Positions 1 through 8,115 of a stretch of DNA of 44,659 nucleotides are shown here, one piece after another. Position numbers and translations under genes: made by a program. The stretch is from a virus (lineage: Duplodnaviria; Caudoviricetes), in IMG/VR virus record IMGVR_UViG_3300007734_000695, positions 1 to 44,659 of that record; one strand, written 5' to 3'. How positions within the stretch are numbered: the stretch's first letter is position 1; every line of letters starts with the position of its first letter. The notes below the pieces were generated by a model. The model saw only the letters and a list, made by a program, of their open reading frames with translations, was not told the origin of the DNA and did not search any database.

Positions 1-1
1 A

Positions 2-469
2 TACGAGATAGGGCAGAGGCAGACCGACATCAGGCGGCTTTCCTACGAGTCCTGGCAGGGCACCGGATTTGAGGTCGCGCAGTCCAAGACCTCAGCCCGG
101 GTCTGGTCGCCTGTCCGTCCGAAGCTCGCCAAGGCGCTGAACGCCGCCAAGGCCAAGGGCGGCTATGTCATCGTCGCCGAGGGAACCGGCCAGCCCTATA
201 AGCGGTATCATTTCCAGCATGAGTTCGCCCGAATCAGGGAGGCCGCCGGCCTGCCGAAGGGCCTACAGTTCCGGGACATCCGCCGGACCATGGCAACCGA
301 ACAGGGGTCGGGCGGCGCAACCGACGACCAGATCCGCGCTTCAACCGGCCACAAGACCCGCAATCAGGTCTCCGCCTACGTGGTGCCGAACCGGGAAATG
401 GCCGAGGCAGCGCAGAAAAAGAGATGGGCGAATCCGAAGAAAGTGATAACTCGCCGGGAAGAAAAGTGA
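2..469 (+). CDS. int: Tyrosine integrase, C-terminal catalytic part (5' truncated by the window)
   Basis: Frame 2 (absent from the ORF track) reads YEIGQRQTDI...QSKT...LQFRDIRRT...TGHKT...SAY...*, giving the R, K, RxxR, GH and Y catalytic motifs; adjacent to att core. Confidence 0.9.
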   Translation, partial: YEIGQRQTDIRRLSYESWQGTGFEVAQSKTSARVWSPVRPKLAKALNAAKAKGGYVIVAEGTGQPYKRYHFQHEFARIREAAGLPKGLQFRDIRRTMATEQGSGGATDDQIRASTGHKTRNQVSAYVVPNREMAEAAQKKRWANPKKVITRREEK

Positions 470-614
470 TAAAACTTGGTGAGCCCGAGGGGAATCGAAC
501 CCCTGACCCCATGATTAAAAGGCGCGTGACAGTCGCAGAAATCCGCCGTGGTTATCAGGCTTTCTTGCTTCGTTCACGCACACAGACTCAAGGGGTTAGC
601 GGGCAAGTGATAAC
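441..614. repeat. Putative integrase arm-type sites: AAGTGATAA x3 (441, 464, 605) and inverted GTTATCA (551)
   Basis: Direct/inverted repeats on both sides of the tRNA-derived core. Confidence 0.7.
477..521 (-). other. attP core: 3' half of a tRNA-Lys(UUU) gene
   Basis: Reverse complement CTTTTAATCATGGGGTCAGGGGTTCGATTCCCCTCGGGCTCACCA = anticodon loop, T arm, acceptor strand and CCA; 5' half (D arm) is absent. Confidence 0.88.
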
Positions 615-626
615 CGGAGGCGCCTG

Positions 627-1058
627 ATGTACGTCTACGTTTTCGAGACTGAGCACGCATGCAAGGTCGGGATAAGCAAAGACCCCACGCAGCGCTTGGC
701 TGGCCTCCAGGCAGCCACCTTCGAAGCGATCAAGATCGCCACCACTTTCGAAGTTCGAGAGGATCGAGCGCTCACCATCGAGCGGGCCGCCCACCGGTCA
801 TTGGCGGCGAAGCATTGGCGCCGCGGCGAGTGGTTCAAGGCCTCCAAGGAGGAGTGTTGTCGCGCGGTGGAGGACGCCATCCAGAAGGATGCCGCGCCCC
901 CCACGCCTCGCGCCTCCGTGCGGGATCTGGTCAGGGATATCCGCAAGGATGCGGAGATCAACCGTCTCTATCGGCTGGTGGGCGCCCGCGAATCCTCCGG
1001 AGAGGCGCGGCGGAGGCGCGAGGCGGCGGCTCTTGGGATCAACGAGGACAGAACATGA
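627..1058 (+). CDS. T5orf172/GIY-YIG-like domain protein
   Basis: YVYV...KVGIS..P..RL..LQ...E...H......GEWF signature; GGAGG RBS. Confidence 0.8.
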   Translation: MYVYVFETEHACKVGISKDPTQRLAGLQAATFEAIKIATTFEVREDRALTIERAAHRSLAAKHWRRGEWFKASKEECCRAVEDAIQKDAAPPTPRASVRDLVRDIRKDAEINRLYRLVGARESSGEARRRREAAALGINEDRT

Positions 1059-1129
1059 CAGCCGATTGGGGGAATTCCTGGGGGAGGATGTTCCCGATTC
1101 ATGCCCACCCGGCAAAACGTGCCTTCACT

Positions 1130-1144
1130 GTTCCTTGGATGTAC
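1130..1144 (+). promoter_or_regulatory. Possible alphaproteobacterial LexA box (GTTC-N7-GTAC)
   Basis: tGTTCCTTGGATGTAC, one mismatch from GTTC-N7-GTTC, just upstream of an RBS. Confidence 0.35.
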
Positions 1145-1160
1145 TGAGAAAGGACTGACC

Positions 1161-1433
1161 ATGCTGACCCGGCGCCGCCTGCTCACGTCCGCCGCCGCCC
1201 TCCTAGCGGTCGGGGTTGCTGCCCCTGCTGCGTCGACGGCGGCGGAGATCCGGCCGATCACTCTCTACGGCTTCGACCGCGCGACGGGCGAAGAGCGGAG
1301 CGTGGTTACGATCATGCGGCTTCGCGAGAGGGTCGGTGAGATGAAGGTCTGGGAGATCGTCGACGTTCAAGAGGCCGACGCGAACCATTTCATTTTCAAC
1401 CCGGGCGAGATTTACGAAATCCCGGCCGCCTGA
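1161..1433 (+). CDS. Small protein with twin-arginine (Tat-like) signal peptide
   Basis: AAAGGA RBS; MLTRRRLL + hydrophobic stretch + AxA-like cleavage region. Confidence 0.7.
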   Translation: MLTRRRLLTSAAALLAVGVAAPAASTAAEIRPITLYGFDRATGEERSVVTIMRLRERVGEMKVWEIVDVQEADANHFIFNPGEIYEIPAA

Positions 1434-1436
1434 CCC

Positions 1437-1916
1437 ATGACCCCGCCCGCCGGGATGCAGATGAAGGAGGAGAGGGTGAGCGACAAGCAAATCACGGACT
1501 TCCTGGCGGGCGTGGTTGGCGTCGTGGAGGCCAACAGCTTCGAGAGTTTGATGCTCTGGGAGGAGAACCAGCGGCTCGATCGCTGGCGCTGGGAACAGGA
1601 CAGCATGGGCTTGCTAGAGACCGTTGGTCACCTTGCCGACATGCCGGTCTGCATCAGCCTCTACAAGTCGCGCATCAATGGCCACTTACTGCTGTTCTGG
1701 CACGCGACGAGCGCCGTCGTTGACCATCGTCTGATCGACAAATGGATGGTGGAGACGTTGCCACTATCAGCGATGCGCGACGGCGATCCACGGAAGGGCG
1801 TCAATCGCACGAACGCAATGAATTTCTCGAACGTGTTCCCGCGCTCGACGACCACCGCCCGGCCCGCCACTCCCTCCCAGCCGGAGCCCCCACATCACCC
1901 CAGGAGCCCGCAATGA
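1437..1916 (+). CDS. Hypothetical phage protein (start uncertain)
   Basis: Protein-like composition; ATGA overlap with the next gene. Confidence 0.65.
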   Translation: MTPPAGMQMKEERVSDKQITDFLAGVVGVVEANSFESLMLWEENQRLDRWRWEQDSMGLLETVGHLADMPVCISLYKSRINGHLLLFWHATSAVVDHRLIDKWMVETLPLSAMRDGDPRKGVNRTNAMNFSNVFPRSTTTARPATPSQPEPPHHPRSPQ

Positions 1917-2251
1917 CGGTAGATGAACTGATCGAGAGGCTGGAGAAGGCCGAGGGGCCGAGCCGGGAGCTTGATGAGGCGATTGCGAAGGCCGTCTTGC
2001 CTGTCTCGAAATACTACGCTGCCGGGGTCCGCATCCCCGCCTACACCTCCTCCATCGACGAAGCCCTGACGCTGGTGCCGAAGGGGATGCCATGGATGGT
2101 GCGCCGCTCGCAACCATGGGACGCCCACCATCCCTATTGCGCCGCTTACGTGCAACGCGCCGAGAACCACGAATGCGCGGCGACGGCGGCCGCCCCCGCC
2201 ATCAGCATCTGCATCGCCGCGCTGCGTGCGCGCTCGGCCGGGAAGGGGTAG
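1913..2251 (+). CDS. Hypothetical phage protein (LIERLEKAEGPSRELD...YTSSIDEALTLVP type)
   Basis: AGGAG RBS; resembles a common small alphaproteobacterial phage protein family. Confidence 0.7.
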   Translation: MTVDELIERLEKAEGPSRELDEAIAKAVLPVSKYYAAGVRIPAYTSSIDEALTLVPKGMPWMVRRSQPWDAHHPYCAAYVQRAENHECAATAAAPAISICIAALRARSAGKG

Positions 2252-2255
2252 GTCC

Positions 2256-2474
2256 ATGCTGACTTTCACAATGATCGACGTCTTTATCGTTCCGGCGGTC
2301 GCGCTCTGGGTGGCCTGCGGAGTCTGGGCTTGGGTTCTGGATATGCGCGCCCTCGGCGGCCCGGAAGATGGGATGGACTACATGCTCCTGATCGCACAAA
2401 TGGCGGCAGGGCCTCTCATTCTCGCAATCGTCCTGTCGACCGAAGGCGCGACGAATAGACGGAAGAAGCCATGA
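2256..2474 (+). CDS. Small membrane protein (2 TM)
   Basis: Two hydrophobic segments; packed in operon. Confidence 0.6.
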   Translation: MLTFTMIDVFIVPAVALWVACGVWAWVLDMRALGGPEDGMDYMLLIAQMAAGPLILAIVLSTEGATNRRKKP

Positions 2475-2767
2475 CCCTCGACATCAACGAGCTAGAGCGG
2501 CTGCTCGCCACCTTGCAGAGCAGTTCGTGGAACATCGCAGACGGGGCGCAGCTAATCATGACGCTCCGCAACCACCTCCCCGAGATCGTCGTCAGACTGA
2601 AGGCGGCGGAGGAGATGCGGGAGGCGCTTGGCGAATACGCTTGCGCAGGCTTCGACAAGTGCCCGAAGTACGGGACCAGCAACGAGTGCGAGCGGAGGAT
2701 GATGGCGCTGGACTGCGGCGATGATGCGAGAAAAGCCATCGCCGCCTACGACAAGGCGAAGGGGTAG
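2471..2767 (+). CDS. Hypothetical protein
   Basis: ATGA overlap; Cys-rich C-terminus. Confidence 0.65.
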   Translation: MTLDINELERLLATLQSSSWNIADGAQLIMTLRNHLPEIVVRLKAAEEMREALGEYACAGFDKCPKYGTSNECERRMMALDCGDDARKAIAAYDKAKG

Positions 2768-2771
2768 GGAG

Positions 2772-2843
2772 ATGCTGACCAGACGCTCTCTGTTCGTCCT
2801 CCCCGCGCTGCTCGCCGCATCCTTTCTTAGCGACGCGGCTTAA
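2772..2843 (+). CDS. Possible 23-aa peptide MLTRRSLFVLPALLAASFLSDAA
   Basis: GGGAG just upstream; looks like a bare Tat signal. Confidence 0.3.
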   Translation: MLTRRSLFVLPALLAASFLSDAA

Positions 2844-2857
2844 GAAGGGATGGCTTC

Positions 2858-3010
2858 CTACCTCCTGCACTCCGCCGGCAGCCCCTCGACGTACTGGCGC
2901 CAGAACTCAGCCCTTGCCTGCGCCTCGCCCAGGTCACGGCCGAACGTGAACACGCCCGCGCCGACCGTCAGCAACGCGCCTACGAGGGCCGGGGCGAGCT
3001 TGGGGAGCAT
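2858..3010 (-). CDS. 50-aa N-terminal TM protein, candidate spanin/lysis accessory
   Basis: MLPKLAPALVGALLTVGAGVFTFG...; TGATG overlap with the holin stop. Confidence 0.5.
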   Translation of the reverse strand: MLPKLAPALVGALLTVGAGVFTFGRDLGEAQARAEFWRQYVEGLPAECRR

Positions 3011-3411
3011 CAGGGCTTGGCCTTCCAGTTCTCGACCACCTTCTCCGCAGAGCGCCCGACGACGTAACCACCGACGCCGACCGTGAGAAGCTGCCAGAGC
3101 TCCGGGGGGAGCGGCAGCATGATCGAGCGGCCGATGATCGCCTCCAGGTAGGGCGCCAGGATGTAGTTGTTGGCGATGATCGCGGTGATGGTGAGCATCA
3201 GGATCGGGCGCCAGGTCGCGGTGAGCCAGTGGGTGGACTTGGCTTCGGCCTCGATGATCCGGCCCGCGGCGTCGCTGATCTCTCCTGCCTTCTCCAGAAG
3301 GGCCAGCCGAAGCTCCTGCTCGGCCGCCCGCTGTGCATCCGGGTCGGGGATGACGCGCTTGAGAAGGTCGCCCAGGAGCGGGCCTAGGATGGGGAGAAGG
3401 GCGGCGAACAT
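3010..3411 (-). CDS. Holin (3TM/GTA-type)
   Basis: IPDPD...IIEAEAKS.HWL..TWRP...LWQLL.VG.GGYV.GRS.EK motif; lysis cassette position. Confidence 0.88.
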   Translation of the reverse strand: MFAALLPILGPLLGDLLKRVIPDPDAQRAAEQELRLALLEKAGEISDAAGRIIEAEAKSTHWLTATWRPILMLTITAIIANNYILAPYLEAIIGRSIMLPLPPELWQLLTVGVGGYVVGRSAEKVVENWKAKP

Positions 3412-3471
3412 CTCAGGCTACTCCATCATTTCCGGCTGGCCCGGCCGGGCGGGGTGGTGGTAGATTGAGGG

Positions 3472-3593
3472 GCTGTGCTGCCTGCCGGCACTACAATCCC
3501 AGTCGGGGGACGGTGGGGCGTTGCAACCAGCCCGACCACAGCACGCGGGGCAACCCGCTCCAGCGGAAGCCGTCGCCTTCGGGTGGCGGCTTT
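3472..3593 (+). ncRNA. Candidate small structured RNA antisense within the lysis cassette
   Basis: TAGATT -10-like at 3461; GTGCTG/CAGCAC helix; GCGGG-GCAA-CCCGC hairpin; ends in a UUCG terminator. Confidence 0.35.
3567..3593 (+). terminator. Intrinsic terminator-like hairpin
   Basis: AAGCCGTCGCC-TTCG-GGTGGCGGCTT-T; G.U pairs and C(UUCG)G loop define the plus strand. Confidence 0.6.
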
Positions 3594-3618
3594 CGCGCAA
3601 ATGGGGTAGAATGCGGGC

Positions 3619-3831
3619 ATGTACATCGTCATGCGCCCGACCGAAACGACGGTCACTCGCTCGACGTGCGGGTTCCATGAACGGCACCCGACGCGCCCCT
3701 TCCCCGGCTGCACCTGCTCGATGGGCATCAGCACCCGCGAGAAGGATTGGAGCGAGATGACCGCCGACGAAAAGCTGGCCTATTCGGCAGCGCTTCGCGG
3801 CGAGCACCCGGACGGCCGCTCGCTGTTCTAA
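3619..3831 (+). CDS. Hypothetical 70-aa Cys/His protein antisense to the lysis operon, possibly leaderless
   Basis: TAGAAT -10 ends 6 nt before the ATG; CGFH...CTC motif; fills the holin-endolysin gap. Confidence 0.55.
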   Translation: MYIVMRPTETTVTRSTCGFHERHPTRPFPGCTCSMGISTREKDWSEMTADEKLAYSAALRGEHPDGRSLF

Positions 3832-3839
3832 GCCGGTCA

Positions 3840-4259
3840 TCACGCCAGCCTGTAGAACAGGTGCCGCCCTATCCTTGCGGTAGGCGTCCGCCCGGCGGTC
3901 CACGACGTATGCGGGGCAACGTCGTCTCGGCAGTAATGGTCCGCGCCTCCGGTCGGGTCCGGCAGCTCTCCCTTGACCGCTCTCTTGGCAATCTCGATGG
4001 CGTGCGCGAACCACGGGTCCTTGCTGGTGACGGACAGCAGCTTGTCGAGGTTCGGGTCGTTGGGGAGCCAGCAGCTAAACTGGTAGGGCTTCCGGCAGAC
4101 GCCCTCGACGCCCTCGCCCCACCAGTCGGGCTTGCCATCCCTCCCCAGATCCGCATTGACCCGGTTCATGATGACGGCGGCGACCGCTTCCATGCCGGCG
4201 ACGCCCTCGCCGCGGGCCTCGCCGAAGATCGTGCGCGCCAGGATATCGACGTCGCTCAT
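3840..4259 (-). CDS. Endolysin, SleB/Hydrolase_2 cell wall hydrolase
   Basis: LARTIFGEARGE...AVAAVIMNR...QFSCW...DPTGGADHY...IGRHLFY. Confidence 0.92.
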   Translation of the reverse strand: MSDVDILARTIFGEARGEGVAGMEAVAAVIMNRVNADLGRDGKPDWWGEGVEGVCRKPYQFSCWLPNDPNLDKLLSVTSKDPWFAHAIEIAKRAVKGELPDPTGGADHYCRDDVAPHTSWTAGRTPTARIGRHLFYRLA

Positions 4260-4531
4260 GGCTGCGGTGCCGGCGCAAGGGGCCGCTTGTAGGCCGAGGC
4301 TTCCAGATTGTTTAGCCGTCGCCCGTGGTCGGCGACCGCGAACTCATGCACCCGCACGGTGCCTGACAGCAGCGCGAGGGCATCGTTCATCGTGCGGATG
4401 TCCTGCCATGCCTGAAGGAAGATCCAGACGGCGAACCCGGCGACGACCGTCCCCAGCACGGAGGAGACCCGCGCCAGGAGGACGAAGGCGTGGCTCTCAA
4501 GCCAGCGGCCTCCGTTCTGTTGAGGAGCCAT
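4256..4531 (-). CDS. Single-TM protein with coiled coil, lysis-associated
   Basis: One TM plus heptad region; ATGA overlap with endolysin. Confidence 0.65.
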   Translation of the reverse strand: MAPQQNGGRWLESHAFVLLARVSSVLGTVVAGFAVWIFLQAWQDIRTMNDALALLSGTVRVHEFAVADHGRRLNNLEASAYKRPLAPAPQP

Positions 4532-4532
4532 C

Positions 4533-4667
4533 TCAGAACCCCACCGCTACCTGGCCGGTGAACGCGGCCTGGAACAGCGGGCCGGCGATCTGCCCCGTCC
4601 ACGCCAGCCCCTTGACCGTCAGCAGGCAGAGCAGGGCCAAGCCCAGGATCAGGAGGGCGGCCTTCAT
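4533..4667 (-). CDS. 44-aa hydrophobic peptide
   Basis: MKAALLILGLALLCLLTVKGLAW...; ATGA overlap with HNH stop; GAGGGG RBS. Confidence 0.5.
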   Translation of the reverse strand: MKAALLILGLALLCLLTVKGLAWTGQIAGPLFQAAFTGQVAVGF

Positions 4668-5137
4668 GACCCGATCCCCTCGAACACGCAGACCAGCTTC
4701 CCGCGTTGCTGCCGCCGATGCTCCTTGCCGCCTCCCTCTTCATACCAGCGACGATAGTTTGCTCGGTGGCAGATCCGGCAGGATCGCGTGCCCGGCCGCA
4801 CGCCTTCAGTTTCCGGGGTTAACTCGTGCCCACGGACGCAATGCGTCCGCGCTCGCGAATATCGGCCGGAGTTCTCTTTGCTGGTAACCACCTCCAGATG
4901 GGCCGGGTTGACGCATCCCTTGTTCATGCAAAGGTGGTCAATAACCATCCCTGCCGGGATTTCTCCGTTTACCATTTCATAGGCTACCCGGTGGGCCTTT
5001 AGCATTGGCCACGGCGCTCTTTCTGCCCGGATCGAGCCATATCCGCCGCTCGACTTGCCGCCAGTCCACGGCCAACACCCGGCTTCATCTCGCCGATCGA
5101 CCTTGGCCCAAAACCTGTCTTTGAATGAGGCGCGCAT
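4664..5137 (-). CDS. HNH endonuclease (HNH_3 type) with Cys-rich C-terminus
   Basis: RFWAKV...CWPWTG...GYG...AHRVAYE...IDHLC.NK.CVNP.HLE.VT..EN...THC.RGH...CRIC. Confidence 0.9.
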   Translation of the reverse strand: MRASFKDRFWAKVDRRDEAGCWPWTGGKSSGGYGSIRAERAPWPMLKAHRVAYEMVNGEIPAGMVIDHLCMNKGCVNPAHLEVVTSKENSGRYSRARTHCVRGHELTPETEGVRPGTRSCRICHRANYRRWYEEGGGKEHRRQQRGKLVCVFEGIGS

Positions 5138-5496
5138 CAGACGCCTCCCGCAGGTGCGAACAGGCACTTGACCTTGCCGCCCAGGTTCGGCGGCCGGCAC
5201 CACCAGAAGTCTTGGTCCTTGCTCATATGCAGGTCCGGGTCGCCTTCATTGAAGACCTGGCCCGTGGCGATCACCAGCCAGCCGCCGCGGGTCGCGCGGA
5301 TCGCCGACAAGGGCGCCCGCTCGCAATCCGAGGGGCCGCAGCAATAGGAGGTCTTCGTGTCCTGCATGATCCATGCGGCATCGCCGTGCCCCCACGCCGG
5401 CCCCGCCATCAGGAGGAGGACCGGCAAGAAAAGCAGACCTCGGGGGACGGGATTCTTGCCACTGATTCCGTTTACACTCGTAGGCACCTGCGACAT
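5137..5496 (-). CDS. Secreted Cys-rich hypothetical protein
   Basis: Signal peptide-like segment, then CC...DC...C...CLF pattern. Confidence 0.7.
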   Translation of the reverse strand: MSQVPTSVNGISGKNPVPRGLLFLPVLLLMAGPAWGHGDAAWIMQDTKTSYCCGPSDCERAPLSAIRATRGGWLVIATGQVFNEGDPDLHMSKDQDFWWCRPPNLGGKVKCLFAPAGGV

Positions 5497-5646
5497 GAGC
5501 TTGCTCCTCTGTCGTGGGGAGGACCTTTCGGGGTCCGGCCCGGGGCGGCCGTCTCTAGCGACCGTCTCGGGCTTCCGTCCCGGCTCTGCGGCGCCGGGGG
5601 CCGTCTATGTCTTCCCTACAGCTTGAGCGTGTGACAAACTCAGGAA

Positions 5647-5847
5647 ATGAACGATCACCCCCACTATTGCCCCCAATGCGACCATCCGGCCGAGCGCTTC
5701 GCCCTGCTCGACGAAAATCGCCTTCTGGTGGTGGTCAAGTGGGATTGCCCCATCTGCGGACAGGTCATCGCCAGGGGGATCACGCCTGCCCATCAATCTG
5801 GGCAAGTTCCGCCCGAAGCGTCTCCTTCTCCGCGATCTTCTCCTTGA
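5647..5847 (+). CDS. Possible zinc-ribbon protein antisense to the late operon
   Basis: CPQC...CPIC pair; 3' end overlaps the next gene on the opposite strand. Confidence 0.45.
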   Translation: MNDHPHYCPQCDHPAERFALLDENRLLVVVKWDCPICGQVIARGITPAHQSGQVPPEASPSPRSSP

Positions 5848-6130
5848 CAAACGCATCGCCGTTGACCTTGGCCCAAGCCTCCATGGCGCGGTGCATGGTC
5901 AGGCGGTCGAGCTCGGCCAGCTTCGCCATGATCGCCGCTCTCTCGGCGCTCCGATCCGAAGCATCCGCGACCGGCGGATACCAGCCCTTGACCTGGCCCT
6001 CGCACATTACCGGCAGGCCGTAGTGACCATCAGGCGGCTCGCGGTCGTCGAGAACGTCCGGCTGCGGATCAACGGGTTTGCCGTCGAAGGCGGTCAGAAG
6101 AACGAGGTCGCCCCGGGGGTAGGTGGTCAT
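5780..6130 (-). CDS. Tail fibre assembly/chaperone-like protein
   Basis: Follows fibre genes; C-terminal helical LAELD...LRAELAQI. Confidence 0.6.
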   Translation of the reverse strand: MTTYPRGDLVLLTAFDGKPVDPQPDVLDDREPPDGHYGLPVMCEGQVKGWYPPVADASDRSAERAAIMAKLAELDRLTMHRAMEAWAKVNGDAFVKEKIAEKETLRAELAQIDGQA

Positions 6131-6133
6131 GGG

Positions 6134-6784
6134 CTAGCTCCGGCGAATGAGGATGGCGGCGCTGCGGCGCTCGCGAGCGGTCGTCGTCGTCAGGTTCTGG
6201 CTATGTTTGGCGCGCACCAGGAGCGAGGACGTGAAGTTCACCAGATAGCCGCCAAGAGCCCACACGTCATGAGGCGCGAGGGGGCACACATAGGCATTGG
6301 TGGCGCCCCCGACATTGGCAATGAACCCGTCCGAGGACGTGCCGGCGAGGTCCATGGGCTGGATCTGCGTCCCGCCCCAGAAGAAGGCGAGCCCCGTTGC
6401 CGACCCGGCGAACACACGGTCGCCATTGTTCTGGGCCGGCATTGCGACTTCCTGCGCGGTCCCGCCGTCAACCGTTACCTCAAGCGTCGTGATGTCTCCC
6501 GCGCTTGCGGCAGTGGGGCCGACGAATCCCGAGAAATACCCGGCCCCGGTGACAGTGGTGATGGTCTTGTAGGTGTCGGCCGTCCAGTTGGTGTCGTCCT
6601 GGACCGAACTCGGGATGCGGTCGATAGACGCCACGCCGCCGGTATAGAAGGCGACTGTGGTCGCGGCGACGTTCGTCGTTCCGGCGACCCGCAGCAGCGA
6701 CGAAGAACCGACGCTGTATCTCGGAAGCAACGTCGCATCCGTGATGAAGACGCCACCACCCACGAACTGCGAAAAATTGCTCAT
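6134..6784 (-). CDS. Tail fibre-associated structural protein
   Basis: MSNFSQFVGGG start; Thr/Gly-rich beta composition; coupled to the fibre gene. Confidence 0.65.
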   Translation of the reverse strand: MSNFSQFVGGGVFITDATLLPRYSVGSSSLLRVAGTTNVAATTVAFYTGGVASIDRIPSSVQDDTNWTADTYKTITTVTGAGYFSGFVGPTAASAGDITTLEVTVDGGTAQEVAMPAQNNGDRVFAGSATGLAFFWGGTQIQPMDLAGTSSDGFIANVGGATNAYVCPLAPHDVWALGGYLVNFTSSLLVRAKHSQNLTTTTARERRSAAILIRRS

Positions 6785-7941
6785 GCGAGTCTCCAGCCGT
6801 TCGTCGCGCTGTCATAGACGAGCTGACCGGCGGCATATCGGGTATTGACGATCATGTTTTCGCTAAGCCCCATGATTTTCAGGCTGTTTCGTCCGATGGT
6901 GAGGGGGTTGCTGTTGAAGGTTCCCGCCCCATCCGTGAAGGCGACGACATTCCCGACAGTCGGCGCGGACGGAAGCGTCAATGTGAATGAACCGCCGGAC
7001 GTATCGCAGGAGTACCCATTGCCATTGACGGCCGGACCCGGATCGGCGGTGATGTGAGACCAGGAAATTCCCCCCGGCAGCACAGACGCACCGGAGGCGC
7101 GCATGTAGTTGACGCAGCGCCAGTTGCCGGAGCCTTCGGAGATGAAGCACGCGACATCTCCCGCTGCCGCGATGATGTTGAGCGCGCTCGGCAGGATCAG
7201 GCTCGTCGCGTTGTAGGTGAGCGTCGGGGTGGAGGCGAAGCGCAGCACCCGGAGCGTGCCGGCGGGAAGAGTCCCGAGCGAAGTGACCGGACCCGTCGAG
7301 CCCGTGATCTGGACGTACTCGCCAGTGCTCGTCGCAAGGTCGATCGTCGCGGCGGAAGCGATGGATGCGCTTGCCTGCCACTCGGGCTTGTCGTCCAGAA
7401 CGAAGTACGTCCCGTCGTAGGTGAAGCTGATGGTCTGGCCGGTGATCCACTCTCCGCCCGTGAGCGCCGAAAGACCGCTTGCCAGCTTCTTCCTGACCGC
7501 GACCGGCGAGCTGATGCCGTTGAGCTGGATTGTCGCCGCGCCCGTCACCGACGAAGCCGCGGTTCCGACGATCCGCATCCGTGTCGCGTAGGCTGTGATC
7601 GCCGGGGACAGGGACGCGGTAAGAGCCGTCGCCGTGCCGCCGAACGTGCCGGCGTTGATGACCGTTCCGTCCTGCACCTGGTCGAGGCGGATCGAGGTCG
7701 TGCGCCCCGTGCCGAGCCCGAGGCCCGTCAGGATGAAGCCGCCCATCGGCAGGTTCGCCGTGGGAGGAGACTGACCGTCGCGCGTGACGCAGTTGGTCAG
7801 GCCATCGGCCATGTCCTGTGCTTCCGTGTCGAGGTTCAGCGCAAGGATGTCTTCCCCGGCGTCCCGCTCCTGCTGGAAGACGGTCGAGCCGTTGTATGTC
7901 CCATCGGTCCTGATAAAGGTTCCACTTCCGTTGAAGGGCAC
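6781..7941 (-). CDS. Tail fibre/tail spike protein
   Basis: MPFNGSG...DMADGLTNCVTRDGQSPPTANLPMGGF head-binding N-terminus; C-terminal DTSGGSFTLTLP...G..V.F.D module. Confidence 0.8.
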   Translation of the reverse strand: MPFNGSGTFIRTDGTYNGSTVFQQERDAGEDILALNLDTEAQDMADGLTNCVTRDGQSPPTANLPMGGFILTGLGLGTGRTTSIRLDQVQDGTVINAGTFGGTATALTASLSPAITAYATRMRIVGTAASSVTGAATIQLNGISSPVAVRKKLASGLSALTGGEWITGQTISFTYDGTYFVLDDKPEWQASASIASAATIDLATSTGEYVQITGSTGPVTSLGTLPAGTLRVLRFASTPTLTYNATSLILPSALNIIAAAGDVACFISEGSGNWRCVNYMRASGASVLPGGISWSHITADPGPAVNGNGYSCDTSGGSFTLTLPSAPTVGNVVAFTDGAGTFNSNPLTIGRNSLKIMGLSENMIVNTRYAAGQLVYDSATNGWRLA

Positions 7942-7966
7942 CCGCTTTACTCCTTACTGTGCCAGT

Positions 7967-7989
7967 ATCCACATAATAAATATGTGGAT
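7967..7989. promoter_or_regulatory. Palindromic site ATCCACATA-N5-TATGTGGAT (TCCAC-N11-GTGGA)
   Basis: Perfect 9-bp inverted repeat in an AT-rich intergenic gap; motif recurs elsewhere. Confidence 0.65.
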
Positions 7990-8034
7990 TATGGGCGTAG
8001 TGATCCTGTCGTCGTCTTGTGCTAGGAGACCCGT

Positions 8035-8115
8035 GTGTTCTTCGACATCCTGTCCGCCCTTGGTCTCTTCTTCGTCCTGTGCCTGGTTCGCATGGCGATC
8101 AACTACTGGCGCTAG
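8035..8115 (+). CDS. 26-aa membrane peptide MFFDILSALGLFFVLCLVRMAINYWR
   Basis: AGGAG RBS, GTG start, single TM, antisense to late genes. Confidence 0.45.
   Translation: MFFDILSALGLFFVLCLVRMAINYWR

Noticed and set aside
477-521. Functional tRNA-Lys gene
   Set aside because: Only the anticodon loop to CCA is present; no D arm or 5' acceptor strand, so it is an att core
165-627. ORF-track ORFs 165..446, 234..512 and 424..627
   Set aside because: Alternative frames over the integrase C-terminus and attP
5780-7941. Diversity-generating retroelement acting on the tail fibre
   Set aside because: No reverse transcriptase motif and no TR/VR repeat pair seen in the window
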